The notes below the pieces were generated by a model. That model was given only the letters and a program-made list of their open reading frames with translations, was not told the origin of the DNA and did no database searches. A stretch of DNA of 64,000 bases from the NCBI GenBank assembly GCA_046538485.1, contig JBKHIT010000013.1, positions 1-64,000 of the forward strand, given 5' to 3'. The translations under genes were made by a program, and so were the position numbers. Positions 30,262 to 40,450 of the stretch are shown here, one piece after another (the stretch's first letter is position 1; the number at the start of each line of letters is the position of its first letter). This DNA is from Candidatus Brocadiia bacterium. Lineage in GTDB: Bacteria > Planctomycetota > Brocadiia > SM23-32.

Positions 30262-32610
30262 GTGACGGAAGATGTGATACTGGGAAAACGCCGAATCCGA
30301 TGTCTATCGCCCACTCTGATTCGTCTCGAATTCGGGCTTTCGGCCGAATTTGAGGACCGGCGGAGCATTGTGGCGTACGAAGAGCAGGAACCGTGTTCGT
30401 TCGCCGAAGTTCGAAAAGATGGCGAATGCACGGTGCTGGATACGGGAAGTGTGGAAGTGCGCAGCCGACAGAACGATAAACCTTTTGACAGAACGAATCT
30501 GGAGATCCGCTGGACGGATGATCGGTTGCGGCAGTGCTGGCGCCCCGGGGACCGCGACCACCAGAATCTGGGCGGGACTCTGCGTTCGCTGGATCGTTAC
30601 GGTGGGGCGGCTGCCGAGCTGGATGGAGTGCATACGGCGGATATGGAAGCACCCGACCCCGCGGCGACCAACTGGCCGGCATGGATTCAGTGCGAGGAAG
30701 CGCCGCTTTACAGGGAACTTCACCCGGATCCGCCCGATAACCTGGATAAAGGAAGCTGGCTGCGATTGGCAGAGGCGGACCACAATGACGGGCGCGTCAT
30801 GGAGCGGTTCTGGAACTGGTACGTCGAAGCGCGCAAATTCGGCCCGGGGGTCGTCAGCCGGAGTGGATACTATTTTCTGAACGATTCCCGTAGCGCGGTG
30901 ATGGACGAAGACGATTTCCCGGTCGAGCGGGAGCGTCCCGGCTGCCAGGACTGGTATTTCTTCGCTTATGGACGGGACTACAAGCAGGCGTTGCGAGATT
31001 TCCACACTCTTGCGGGACCGGCCCCGCTACCCCCGCACCGGAGCCTCGGCATCATGTTCTCCCGCTGGCCGGCGTTCTCGCAGGGGGAAGTCCGGGAACT
31101 CTACGAAGGATTTCGCAAGAACGGTTATCCGCTCTCGGTGTTGATCATGGACATGGAATGGCACGAGTTCGGCTGGGGACACTGGGATTTTAACGAGGAG
31201 CTGATGCCCGACCCCGAGCAGTTTTTCGAGTGGTGTCACGAGCACGATATGGACGTGGTCTTCAACGACCATCCACTGGATGTCCGAAGCGATGATTCCC
31301 ATTTTGAACCCTATCTGGAGAAGGCGGACACGCGGGAAAAGGTGCATGATATAACCTACGGCGATCGGGAAAATGAGCGGTCAACTCTTCCGGCTGTGCC
31401 GGTGGATATCACAAACAAAAAGGAAAACCAGGCCTTTGTGGAAGTCTGTCACCGCCCGATTCGTGAGGCCGGGCTCGATTACTGGTGGAATGATGGATCG
31501 CGCGGGAAAATGAGCCATACCTGCGGCCAGCTTGTGGCAAACAAGACATTCTACCAGGAAACCGAAGACGAGTCGACCCGCGGGATGCTTCTGGCGCGCT
31601 ACGGGGGGCTCGGATCGCATCGATACGGTGGATTTTTCACGGGTGATACGGGTTCTTGTTTCGAAGTGCTGCGTCTGCAGTGCGAGTTCAACGTACGGGC
31701 GGGACACACGGGCCTGAATTACATGAGTCACGATATCGGTGGGTTCATGACCGGCGGAAAAGAGACCGAGCGGATCGATCCGCAACGCTATTGCCGGTGG
31801 CTGCAGTTCGGTGTTTTCAACCCCATTCTGCGGTTCCACTGTGCTCCTAACGCCGGCAGTCGACGTCCCTGGGACTACGACGATGATTGCGGTGGGGCGT
31901 GCCGTCGGTGGTTACGCGTGCGCCACAGCCTTTTGCCTTATATCAATACGGCCAACCACGTCTGCTTTGAGACCGGTATCCCCGTCGTGCGGGGGATCTT
32001 CCTGGAGGAACCCGACAGGGAAGATGCTTATCGGTTTGATCAGTTTTACTTTGGCACAAATCTGCTTGTGGCCCCGGTACTGAGCGATGAAAACCGTCGC
32101 TCGATTTATCTGCCTGCGGGAAAATGGTGGAAGTTCGAGACCGATAACTGCCGGAAAGGCGGCGAAGTCATAGAACGCGACGTGCCGCTGGAGGAGGTGC
32201 CGGTCTACGTCCCGGCCGGAGGCATCATACCCCGTCAGGACCCGGATGCTGATATACACGCCTCCCATATTGATCCGCTTATCCTGGATGTTTACGCGGG
32301 AGCCGACGGCACTGCGGAATTGCGGGAAGACGACGGACGATCTCCGGCGTATCAGGAAGGTGAGTACTGCACAACCCGGTTTGAGCTGCGGGATGAGGAG
32401 GACCAACTCACCCTTTCGGTTCAGCCTGTTGAGGGCGAACCGTTCGGTGAGGCGCGGAACATCACGGTGAGATTCCACATTGAGTTTACACCCGACGGCG
32501 TTACGTGTGATGGTGAAGAAACGAAGTGGGAGAAAGCCGATGGTATGCATGTCCTTAAAATCCCCGGGGTGTCAGTAGAGGAAGGATGTTCCGTGACGGT
32601 TCAGAAGTAG
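30262..32610 (+). CDS. Glycoside hydrolase family 31 protein
   Basis: MDMEWH, DYWWND (nucleophile), FTGD (acid/base), SHDIGGF, RWLQFGVFNPILRFH; no signal peptide. Confidence 0.88.
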   Translation: MTEDVILGKRRIRCLSPTLIRLEFGLSAEFEDRRSIVAYEEQEPCSFAEVRKDGECTVLDTGSVEVRSRQNDKPFDRTNLEIRWTDDRLRQCWRPGDRDHQNLGGTLRSLDRYGGAAAELDGVHTADMEAPDPAATNWPAWIQCEEAPLYRELHPDPPDNLDKGSWLRLAEADHNDGRVMERFWNWYVEARKFGPGVVSRSGYYFLNDSRSAVMDEDDFPVERERPGCQDWYFFAYGRDYKQALRDFHTLAGPAPLPPHRSLGIMFSRWPAFSQGEVRELYEGFRKNGYPLSVLIMDMEWHEFGWGHWDFNEELMPDPEQFFEWCHEHDMDVVFNDHPLDVRSDDSHFEPYLEKADTREKVHDITYGDRENERSTLPAVPVDITNKKENQAFVEVCHRPIREAGLDYWWNDGSRGKMSHTCGQLVANKTFYQETEDESTRGMLLARYGGLGSHRYGGFFTGDTGSCFEVLRLQCEFNVRAGHTGLNYMSHDIGGFMTGGKETERIDPQRYCRWLQFGVFNPILRFHCAPNAGSRRPWDYDDDCGGACRRWLRVRHSLLPYINTANHVCFETGIPVVRGIFLEEPDREDAYRFDQFYFGTNLLVAPVLSDENRRSIYLPAGKWWKFETDNCRKGGEVIERDVPLEEVPVYVPAGGIIPRQDPDADIHASHIDPLILDVYAGADGTAELREDDGRSPAYQEGEYCTTRFELRDEEDQLTLSVQPVEGEPFGEARNITVRFHIEFTPDGVTCDGEETKWEKADGMHVLKIPGVSVEEGCSVTVQK

Positions 32611-32728
32611 CGCAATTCCCAGGGCGGAAGCGGGGTTTCGTACAACCGCGGCGAAGGCGGGCGTTCGGATGTGCATTTTATGAAACTGTGTCTCGCTTTG
32701 ATCAACAATTCTCGGCGAGGAGGACGAT

Positions 32729-34537
32729 ATGAAAAAACCCTGTGAATACATGGTGCTGTGTTTGATTGCGGCGGTTGTGCCTGCGTTAACAGCGTGCGCG
32801 GCGGAAGTGCCCGGTGAGAAACGGCTCAGCGGTATGGTGACCCTTCGGGTCTCAAAGCCGATGAAAACACCCACGTGGGCAAAAAAAGAACGTCAGCTGA
32901 TGCGGGAGAACGTGCGAGGTCTGGAACTTTTCGAAGGAAAGTATTATGACGAAAGGGGTTACCTGAAAGTGAAAATCAGCCTCGGGGGAGGCACCGGGGC
33001 GGATGATGCTATGGAACATACCTGGAACTGGTCCCTGTTCTACGCCCTCAGTGGAATGGATCAGGCCCGCGAAATTATGCGGGAAGCGGGGGAAGGTCAC
33101 TACGAACAATACACGAAAGCGGGCGCGCTGAAAGACGATTTTATAAAAAGTTTCGACTGGCAGCATAACGGCGAACATTACTGTTCGTTCTTCCGAAGAG
33201 CTTTCGGGGAACCCGATAACGAAACGTATGTGAGACGGGCCTGCCGGTTTGCGGACTTATATCTGGGAATGCCTAACTACGATCCCGAGCACAACATCAT
33301 CCGCAGCGCAATGAACGGAAGTGCCGGTCCCAATCTCGACGCGACGATTGAAGACTGGGGCGGAAGCGACTTTTTCACCCACTGGGTGGGGAAAAATGTC
33401 CGCGGCGACACGCCGTTCAACCTGACAGCAACTTCCCTGGTGCTGACGGCTTACGGGCTCAGCGGCGAGTCAAAATACCGCGACTGGATGGTGAAATACG
33501 TCGACGGGTGGATCGAACGAGCCCGTCATAACAACTGGAATTTCCCCGGGAATGTCGGCTTGAACGGGGAAGTGGGCGAAGACTGGCCCGATCCCGCCGA
33601 GCAGTTCCCCGGATACGTTCCGAAAGGTTCAGATATCTATCCCTGGGCCGGCGGAATCATGGGATGGTCCGGATGGGGAGGATGGTGTTTCGTCCCGGCG
33701 TCGGTCCGAATGGGCATGAAAAACGCCTATCTGCTGACGGGCGATGCGAAATACCTTAAGGCTATGGAACGGCAGATGGAAAACCTGCGAGAAGGCGTCA
33801 AAATTGGCGAAAGAAAAAACGGGAAACCCGTCATCAAAAAAGGCGGTTGGCAGACACCCTGGATGGCGATGGATCTCTACCTGATAACCATGGATCCAAA
33901 ATATGACTGGTTTATGGATGATTGGAAACCGGGTCGGTGGCAGTCGGGGGAGGGTATCTACGGTATGGGATGGACGCAGGACTGGGTTGCATATCTGCAG
34001 GGCAAGTACCCCGAGTTCCCCGAGAAAATGCTCGATCGTGGCCTGGCCCGCACGCGCAAAAGAATCGCCAAAATCAAGAAAGATGACAGCAAAGACTGGG
34101 AGCGGAAAGCCGAACTGCGCGACAAAAACCCGGTGACGACCTCCGCGCTCACAATGCTGACGACCGGCGCGCGGGAACCGAGCTGGCGCGGCTCGCCGCT
34201 GGTAAGCCGGCTGAGGCATTTCGACCCGGAAAGAGGATGCGCCGGCCTGCCTCCCGATGTGGCGGTTCTGGTGGAGAAGATGGATCGGCGGAACGTCTGG
34301 GTCAGATTCGTTAATATGTCAGATGAAACAACGCGAACCGTCGTCCAGGGCGGAGCGTATGGCGAACACAGGATTGTTGAAGTGGCGCGATCCGGCAAAA
34401 GGGGGAAAAAAGTGGGGGACCGGGCCTTTGCTCTCGTCCTGAAACCGGGCTGCGGAGAACGAGTGCGCATTGAGATGGACCGTTTCGTGAACCGTCCGAC
34501 GTTTGACTGGCCGTGGGGAGGCCGAGAGGAGAATTGA
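32729..34537 (+). CDS. Exported hypothetical protein, possible lipoprotein
   Basis: GGAGGA SD; signal peptide with lipobox-like LTAC; Trp/Gly-rich. Confidence 0.65.
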   Translation: MKKPCEYMVLCLIAAVVPALTACAAEVPGEKRLSGMVTLRVSKPMKTPTWAKKERQLMRENVRGLELFEGKYYDERGYLKVKISLGGGTGADDAMEHTWNWSLFYALSGMDQAREIMREAGEGHYEQYTKAGALKDDFIKSFDWQHNGEHYCSFFRRAFGEPDNETYVRRACRFADLYLGMPNYDPEHNIIRSAMNGSAGPNLDATIEDWGGSDFFTHWVGKNVRGDTPFNLTATSLVLTAYGLSGESKYRDWMVKYVDGWIERARHNNWNFPGNVGLNGEVGEDWPDPAEQFPGYVPKGSDIYPWAGGIMGWSGWGGWCFVPASVRMGMKNAYLLTGDAKYLKAMERQMENLREGVKIGERKNGKPVIKKGGWQTPWMAMDLYLITMDPKYDWFMDDWKPGRWQSGEGIYGMGWTQDWVAYLQGKYPEFPEKMLDRGLARTRKRIAKIKKDDSKDWERKAELRDKNPVTTSALTMLTTGAREPSWRGSPLVSRLRHFDPERGCAGLPPDVAVLVEKMDRRNVWVRFVNMSDETTRTVVQGGAYGEHRIVEVARSGKRGKKVGDRAFALVLKPGCGERVRIEMDRFVNRPTFDWPWGGREEN

Positions 34538-34611
34538 GAGTCTCCGGGAAATGCTGATGACACGCAGGTCTCAGCCCTGGGGGGACCGAGCCAGTCCCCG
34601 CGATCGTCGTA

Positions 34612-34807
34612 CTGCTGTTTTGCCGGGAGACCTGTCGGCTGCTGAGCAGCGTTCTGAACTCCAGCCCCGCAGAGCGGCGCTGAAGTCCAGTCCGCTCATC
34701 TGGAACGGAGACTCGAGTTCAGCTGAGCCCGCCACTGGGCGGGCGAAACTGGACTTGAGGTGGACAAACCCGGGAAATATCAAAAGATGCGGACCTGCCG
34801 TTTGTTG
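34612..34807 (+). repeat. Composite REP/BIME-like element with permuted modules
   Basis: Family-A doublet (34612-34697) precedes the GAGACTCGAGTTCAGCTGAG module (34708-34778), the reverse of the order at 5349 and 10203. Confidence 0.85.
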
Positions 34808-34937
34808 AAACCACTGGACGGGATTTATGGATAAATTCAACCGACTATTGCCAAATTGGACAGGTGTCTGTTTGCTGGATACCGTTGACAGCGCTTCGCT
34901 ACCAAAAAACCGGTCCCCGGCAATTCGAAGGAAGGGC

Positions 34938-34993
34938 TTGACAGAAAAAAATGGAGCCAGTAGAATAATAATAGCATATAGTCTATGGAGTAC
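34938..34993 (+). promoter_or_regulatory. sigma70-type promoter with operator-like sites
   Basis: TTGACA (34938-34943), 17 bp, TAGAATAATAATAGCAT (34961-34977); adjacent ATAGT-N6-AGTAC (34978-34993). Confidence 0.82.
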
Positions 34994-35025
34994 GAAAATG
35001 CCCTGGAAGGGGAGGATGTCAAAAA

Positions 35026-35949
35026 ATGGCTTCAGGGGGAATTGAATCAGAGAATCGTTTGAATTTCAAAGGTTTCACACTCATAGAACTCCTTGTCGTC
35101 ATCGCCATCATCGCCATCCTGGCGGCGATGTTGATGCCGGCGCTGGAACGGGCGCGGGAATCGGCCCGACGGGCGGCATGTGTCAACAACCTGCACCAGC
35201 TGGCTCTCGGGGCAACGATGGGGGCGGGCGATAACGATGGGTTACCGGTCACGCGCAAAGGAGGCGGGAATTTCCGGACGATCAATCCATATTCCAGCGA
35301 TCCGCTCGGCATGATGAAACTGCTGAATGGAGAGTATTTTAATCTGGATGTGCTCGGATGCCCCAGCGAAGATTATCCGCTCATCCACGGTTGGTCCGCG
35401 AGAAGTCACGCTCTTACATTCACCAGCTATGCGTACCGTTACAACGTTTCTCAGGTCGTTCGAATCCACGCGACTTCGGGCAATGAGATGTGGTTGGGCG
35501 GGGCAAAATACCAGCGGATCAGCAAGCACCGGCGATGGCAGGCTTTTTTTGCCGAAGCATCGGCGAAGCGAAACTACTACGTCACTCCTCCAAGGACAGA
35601 AGCGGATCTTTCTCCCGCTCACGATGACCACGAAGATCCGAATGCGTACCTGGCGCCACACAACCACGGTCCTTACCGTCGATGGGCGCACCAAACCGGG
35701 GGCCATGTGGCCCGGTTCGACGGTTCTGTTGAATGGGTGCCCAACTGGATTCTTTACGCCACAGGCCATGGCGCCGAGAATTCCACCTGGCCGACCCATT
35801 CCAGCCGAGCTGACTGGCGTTACATCCATCACGGATACTACCGTTCATGGGGGATTGATTATTTCCTGAAAGAAAACGACGGTGGCATCCGTGAAGTGCA
35901 CTCGAATCCATTCTGGTGGGGAGCAAACAGTGACCCGAATGAGTGGTAA
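35026..35949 (+). CDS. Prepilin-type DUF1559-like protein
   Basis: [11 protein letters not shown]...; [20 protein letters not shown] (H-X9-DG). Confidence 0.9.
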   Translation: MASGGIESENRLNFKGFTLIELLVVIAIIAILAAMLMPALERARESARRAACVNNLHQLALGATMGAGDNDGLPVTRKGGGNFRTINPYSSDPLGMMKLLNGEYFNLDVLGCPSEDYPLIHGWSARSHALTFTSYAYRYNVSQVVRIHATSGNEMWLGGAKYQRISKHRRWQAFFAEASAKRNYYVTPPRTEADLSPAHDDHEDPNAYLAPHNHGPYRRWAHQTGGHVARFDGSVEWVPNWILYATGHGAENSTWPTHSSRADWRYIHHGYYRSWGIDYFLKENDGGIREVHSNPFWWGANSDPNEW

Positions 35950-36181
35950 ATGCTGAGCGTTTATCCTTATCGAATTTCTTCTCCGACATCTACGGACAGC
36001 GGTCAAGAAGCTGGCCTTCAAGCGGACGCGGGCCCATGTGGCACGAACTCGATCTGAAAGCCGAAGAACAAAGGTAATCGTCCGATCAAACCGAAATCCC
36101 TCCCCGACTTGAGGATCTCGCCCGATCACGATATCGTGACCTATCTGTTTTCCGATGACTCTGGATGATAAGGCCTTTTTA

Positions 36182-37531
36182 ATGGCTCAACCGAACTTCA
36201 TTTTTATACTCACCGACGATCAGGGATGGGAAGATCTCGGCAGTTTTGGCCATCCCTACCTCAAAACTCCCCATCTGGACCGGCTGGCGAAGGAAGGAAC
36301 ATCTTTCACGCAATCATACGTCTCCTCGCCGGTCTGTTCCCCGAGCCGGGTGAGCTTTATGACCGGGCATTACCCCGCCCGCCATAACGTCCATCACATC
36401 TACCGGCGCGAAAACCGCCTCGATCGAATGCGCGAGGAAGGGGTACCGCCGTTTCTCGACCCTGATACAACCACCCTGACAGGTGTTCTCCAGGATAACG
36501 GTTACGCGATCGGGCATTTCGGAAAATGGCACATGGGCAACCTTCCCGGAGCGCCTCCCCCATCGGACTACGGCATCGATGAATTTCGTGCCTTCGGCAC
36601 CGCCCCGAAATACGAAGGCTGGCCCGACTGGAAGGACGAGGAGTACTGGTGGGCGAAATCAACCGATCTCTTCGTCGATGAAACGATCGATTTCATCGAT
36701 CAGAACAAGGACCGTCCGTTTTATGTCAATCTCTGGAGCCTTATCCCCCACGCCCGGCTCAATCCCACTCCCGAACAACTCGTCGAATACGAAGATCTGA
36801 CTGTCCATCCCGACGATTTCCAGGCGTGGATGCGTCCGTACCTGGAAGAGGCCGAAAATGTTGATGACAAAATGAAGGTCTATTGCGCGTCCATGACGAG
36901 CCTGGATACCGCTATCGGTCGGCTGCTCGATTATCTGGACGAAACCGGCCTGGCTGACAATACGTTCATCTTTTTCACAAGCGACAACGGTCCCGAGGAT
37001 TACTGCGTCGGGAACGCTTCAAACGCCGGCGTCGGCTCGCCGGGGGAGGGGCGCGCGCGGAAACGAAGCATCTACGAGGGCGGGGTCCGTACGCCCGCCA
37101 TCACACGCTGGCCCGGTCAGATACCGGCCGATAGAATCGACGACCAATCGGTGATCGGAGCCGTCGACTGGTTCCCGACGGTCTGCGCTGCCGCCGGCGT
37201 GGAGATGCCCGATATTGAACCCGACGGCGAAGATATCCGCGATATTCTTTCCGGCACCTCCCGGCCGCGCCAGACCCCGCTTTTCTGGGAATGGAAATGT
37301 AATGTTTTCGGAGACGACGACTACCATCCCCCGGAACTCGCCATACGCGACGGGGACTGGAAGCTGTTCATGAATCCCGACGAATCGGGAATTGCCCTGT
37401 ATAATCTTGCAATCGACCCCGCCGAATGCGATAACGTGGCCGACGAACACCCGGAAATTGTGGCCCGGCTCAAACCGCAACTGGCCGATTGGAAAGCCAC
37501 ACTCCCCGATGGATATCAATACAATGAGTGA
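36182..37531 (+). CDS. Cys-type (S1) sulfatase
   Basis: PNFIFILTDD, CSPSR, GKWH, SDNG, YEGGVR; start ATG 36182 (alternative 36155). Confidence 0.92.
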   Translation: MAQPNFIFILTDDQGWEDLGSFGHPYLKTPHLDRLAKEGTSFTQSYVSSPVCSPSRVSFMTGHYPARHNVHHIYRRENRLDRMREEGVPPFLDPDTTTLTGVLQDNGYAIGHFGKWHMGNLPGAPPPSDYGIDEFRAFGTAPKYEGWPDWKDEEYWWAKSTDLFVDETIDFIDQNKDRPFYVNLWSLIPHARLNPTPEQLVEYEDLTVHPDDFQAWMRPYLEEAENVDDKMKVYCASMTSLDTAIGRLLDYLDETGLADNTFIFFTSDNGPEDYCVGNASNAGVGSPGEGRARKRSIYEGGVRTPAITRWPGQIPADRIDDQSVIGAVDWFPTVCAAAGVEMPDIEPDGEDIRDILSGTSRPRQTPLFWEWKCNVFGDDDYHPPELAIRDGDWKLFMNPDESGIALYNLAIDPAECDNVADEHPEIVARLKPQLADWKATLPDGYQYNE

Positions 37532-37653
37532 GTTGTCCCCCCCGCAGTCCCTTACGTCCCTTTTGTCCTTTAAGTCCCTTCAAATCACATTTTTGACGGT
37601 CCTACACCAAAAAACATCTCAACATTTGAACACCCAACAGCGGGAGAAACGTC

Positions 37654-39036
37654 ATGCCTCGACCGAACATACTTTACGTGATGACTGACCAGCAGCGGGC
37701 CGACGCGATGGGATGCAGTGGCGGCTGGGTGAAGACCCCCAATCTCGACCGTATTGCTTCCGAAGGCGTTCGGTTCGAGAATGCCGTCACGAATTCCCCC
37801 GTCTGCATTCCCGCCCGTGTCTCGCTGGCCACCGGTCGGTATCCGCACAATACCACCATCTGGAACAACGTCCATTTTGACATGCCGCCGGACACCCCCA
37901 CCTGGATGCAGGCGGTCCGCGAGGCGGGGTACCACACCAGCGTCTTCGGGAAGACCCATCTGCACCATCACAGCGGCGATCTACGCGACCGGGAACATCT
38001 GATTCACGCGTACGGTCTGGACGAAGTGGACGAAATTGGCGGTCCCCGGGCCAGCGCGCGTGTTGGCAGCTACATGACGGAACGATGGGATAAAAAAGGG
38101 CTGTGGGAAAAATATCAGGAGGATTACGCCGAGCGGTTCGACAATAAACCATGGGTCGTACGGCCGTCGGTGCTCCCACTGGAAGAATATGCGGATGTCT
38201 ATGTTGGGCAACAGGCAAAAAAATATCTTGAGTCTTACGATCGCGATGAACCGTGGTTCTGCTGGGTGAGTTTCGGCGGTCCGCACGAACCATGGGACAC
38301 CCCCGAACCCTATGCCAGCATGTATGAACCCGAGGATATGCCGCCACCGATGGACCGCGAAGAGATCCTGAAGAAAGAAAATGTCGGCGGCAATATCGGC
38401 CGCCATCTGAATCGAGCCGCGGACATACCGGCCGAAGATATCGCCGCGATGCGGGCCGATTATGCGGCCAACGTTACGCTGATTGACGAACAGATCGGTC
38501 AAATTCTCACTGCTGTTGAGGATCGCGGCGAGCTGGAAAATACCGTCATAATTTTCTCCTCGGATCACGGCGAGATGAATGGCGATCACGGGATGATCTA
38601 TAAAGGACACTTCCTGAACGGCGCGCTCCGCGTGCCGCTGCTTGTGCGGACCCCCGAAACGGCGAACGGTGACGTGGCGGGGAGCGTATCGGAGTCGCCG
38701 GTGGAATGGTTTGATATCGGTCCGACGCTGGTGGAAGCGGCGGGAGGCGAGCTGGAACATCAGCAGTTTGCCCGATCCCTATATCCCGTGCTTGAATCAC
38801 CGGCCAGCGAACACAGGCAGTTTGTTGTCTCAGAAATTCACGGCGAGGTTATGATCATGGATCGCCGCTGGAAACTCATTTTCAGCGCGGACGGCGAACC
38901 ATACGCGCTTTTCGACCAGATTAACGACCCGGAAGAAATTGCCAACCGCGCCGACGACCCTGAGATGAAAGAGATTGTGGACCGAATGCAGGAACAGCTC
39001 TTCCAGCACATCGTCCGGACCCAGGTCAGGCGATGA
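37654..39036 (+). CDS. Cys-type sulfatase, choline-sulfatase-like
   Basis: PNILYVMTDQQR, CIPAR, GKTH, PHEP, SDHGEMNGDHG. Confidence 0.92.
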   Translation: MPRPNILYVMTDQQRADAMGCSGGWVKTPNLDRIASEGVRFENAVTNSPVCIPARVSLATGRYPHNTTIWNNVHFDMPPDTPTWMQAVREAGYHTSVFGKTHLHHHSGDLRDREHLIHAYGLDEVDEIGGPRASARVGSYMTERWDKKGLWEKYQEDYAERFDNKPWVVRPSVLPLEEYADVYVGQQAKKYLESYDRDEPWFCWVSFGGPHEPWDTPEPYASMYEPEDMPPPMDREEILKKENVGGNIGRHLNRAADIPAEDIAAMRADYAANVTLIDEQIGQILTAVEDRGELENTVIIFSSDHGEMNGDHGMIYKGHFLNGALRVPLLVRTPETANGDVAGSVSESPVEWFDIGPTLVEAAGGELEHQQFARSLYPVLESPASEHRQFVVSEIHGEVMIMDRRWKLIFSADGEPYALFDQINDPEEIANRADDPEMKEIVDRMQEQLFQHIVRTQVRR

Positions 39037-39073
39037 GGCGTGAAATGCTTCTGAGAGAAGAAAACCAATCGCT

Positions 39074-40450
39074 ATGGCTCCCCCTAATATCCTCCTGATC
39101 ACCAACGACCAGCACCGGTTTGATTTTTATGAAGGCGGTGTTATCCCGGGATTGCGAACGCCCAATATCTCCAGGCTCAGGGCTGAGGGGACGACTCTGT
39201 CGAATTATTTCAGTTCCTGCCCGCTCTGTGTTCCGACCCGTTTCACATGGCTTTACGGACTTCGGGCAAGCCAGGGCAACGGGGCATGGGGCGATTTTGA
39301 CGGTCGTTGGCCCGTGCACCTGCGCAGCATGGCCCACGTGCTGCAACACTCCGGCTACCACACGGCTCTTATAGGGAAACTTCATTCCCACAGCGGCCTT
39401 CCCAGCATCGACCTGGCGGATATCAAAGAAGAATCTCTCGGCCGCGGATTCGATGAGATCACAGAGATGGCCGGGAAATCGCTGGTTCAATACTTCGATT
39501 GTAATTACACCCGATACCTGGCCGACAAAGGCCTTCTCAAAGAGTATCTGAGCCGTTTGGAAGAAAGAGGGGCAGGACACTGCGAGCCCCTCCCGTTTGA
39601 CGAGGAAGACAGCATGGATGCCGTGATCGGACGGCGCGTTCGGCGATGGTTGTCTGAATACGACTTAGAGAACCCCTTCTTCCTTCATGCCTCGTTTTGC
39701 AATCCCCATTTTCCTTACGATCCGGTGCCAGAATATGCGGAACGGTATAAACCCGAGGATATGCCTCCGCCGGTCGGCGTCGACGACCCGGAGAAGATCC
39801 AGGCCCATAAACTGGCTCGGGCCCGCTACTGCGGTCTGATCGAACAGGACGATGAAGAAATTGGCCGACTCCTCCAGGTCCTTGATGATCGCGGGATCAC
39901 CGAAGAAACGGTCGTGATTTTTGGCGCCGATCATGGCGACATGATGGGGTACCGGGACCGACGCGGCAAACACGAACCATACGATCCCTCGGCGCGGACA
40001 CCCGTTGTTGTGCGATTCCCGGGCGTGGTGCCCGCCGGGCACGTTTTGACGGGGCCCGCTGAATCGATTGATATACCGTGTTCGATTCTTGAAGCGACGG
40101 GACTGGATAATGTTCCCGGGGACCTGCTTCCGACATCGCCGGGGCGATCGTGGTGGGATTACGTCCGCGGTGAATGCGACGACCACCGACGGTGGGCCTA
40201 CTCCGAGATGGGGCCCTGGAAGATGGTCTGCGACGAAGAATGGAAATATATTCATCGTTCGCAAGAAAAAAACGAACTTTACCACCGCGCGGAGGATCCG
40301 CACGAACTGAATAATCTCATCGACTCTCCCGAATACCGGGACCGCGTTTCAAGAATGCAGGGCTGGATCATTGAATCAATGTCAGAAAACATCGCACCGC
40401 CTTCACAAGATCTGGCGGGTGTGAATCCTTTTTCACAGGTCGAAACATGA
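39074..40450 (+). CDS. Cys-type sulfatase
   Basis: PNILLITNDQHR, CVPTR, GKLH, PHFP, ADHGDMMG. Confidence 0.9.
   Translation: MAPPNILLITNDQHRFDFYEGGVIPGLRTPNISRLRAEGTTLSNYFSSCPLCVPTRFTWLYGLRASQGNGAWGDFDGRWPVHLRSMAHVLQHSGYHTALIGKLHSHSGLPSIDLADIKEESLGRGFDEITEMAGKSLVQYFDCNYTRYLADKGLLKEYLSRLEERGAGHCEPLPFDEEDSMDAVIGRRVRRWLSEYDLENPFFLHASFCNPHFPYDPVPEYAERYKPEDMPPPVGVDDPEKIQAHKLARARYCGLIEQDDEEIGRLLQVLDDRGITEETVVIFGADHGDMMGYRDRRGKHEPYDPSARTPVVVRFPGVVPAGHVLTGPAESIDIPCSILEATGLDNVPGDLLPTSPGRSWWDYVRGECDDHRRWAYSEMGPWKMVCDEEWKYIHRSQEKNELYHRAEDPHELNNLIDSPEYRDRVSRMQGWIIESMSENIAPPSQDLAGVNPFSQVET

Noticed and set aside
56..34807. CRISPR array or integron attC sites
   Set aside because: Repeats are dispersed and irregular with no unique spacers; no cas or intI genes; no matched RYYYAAC/GTTRRRY ends
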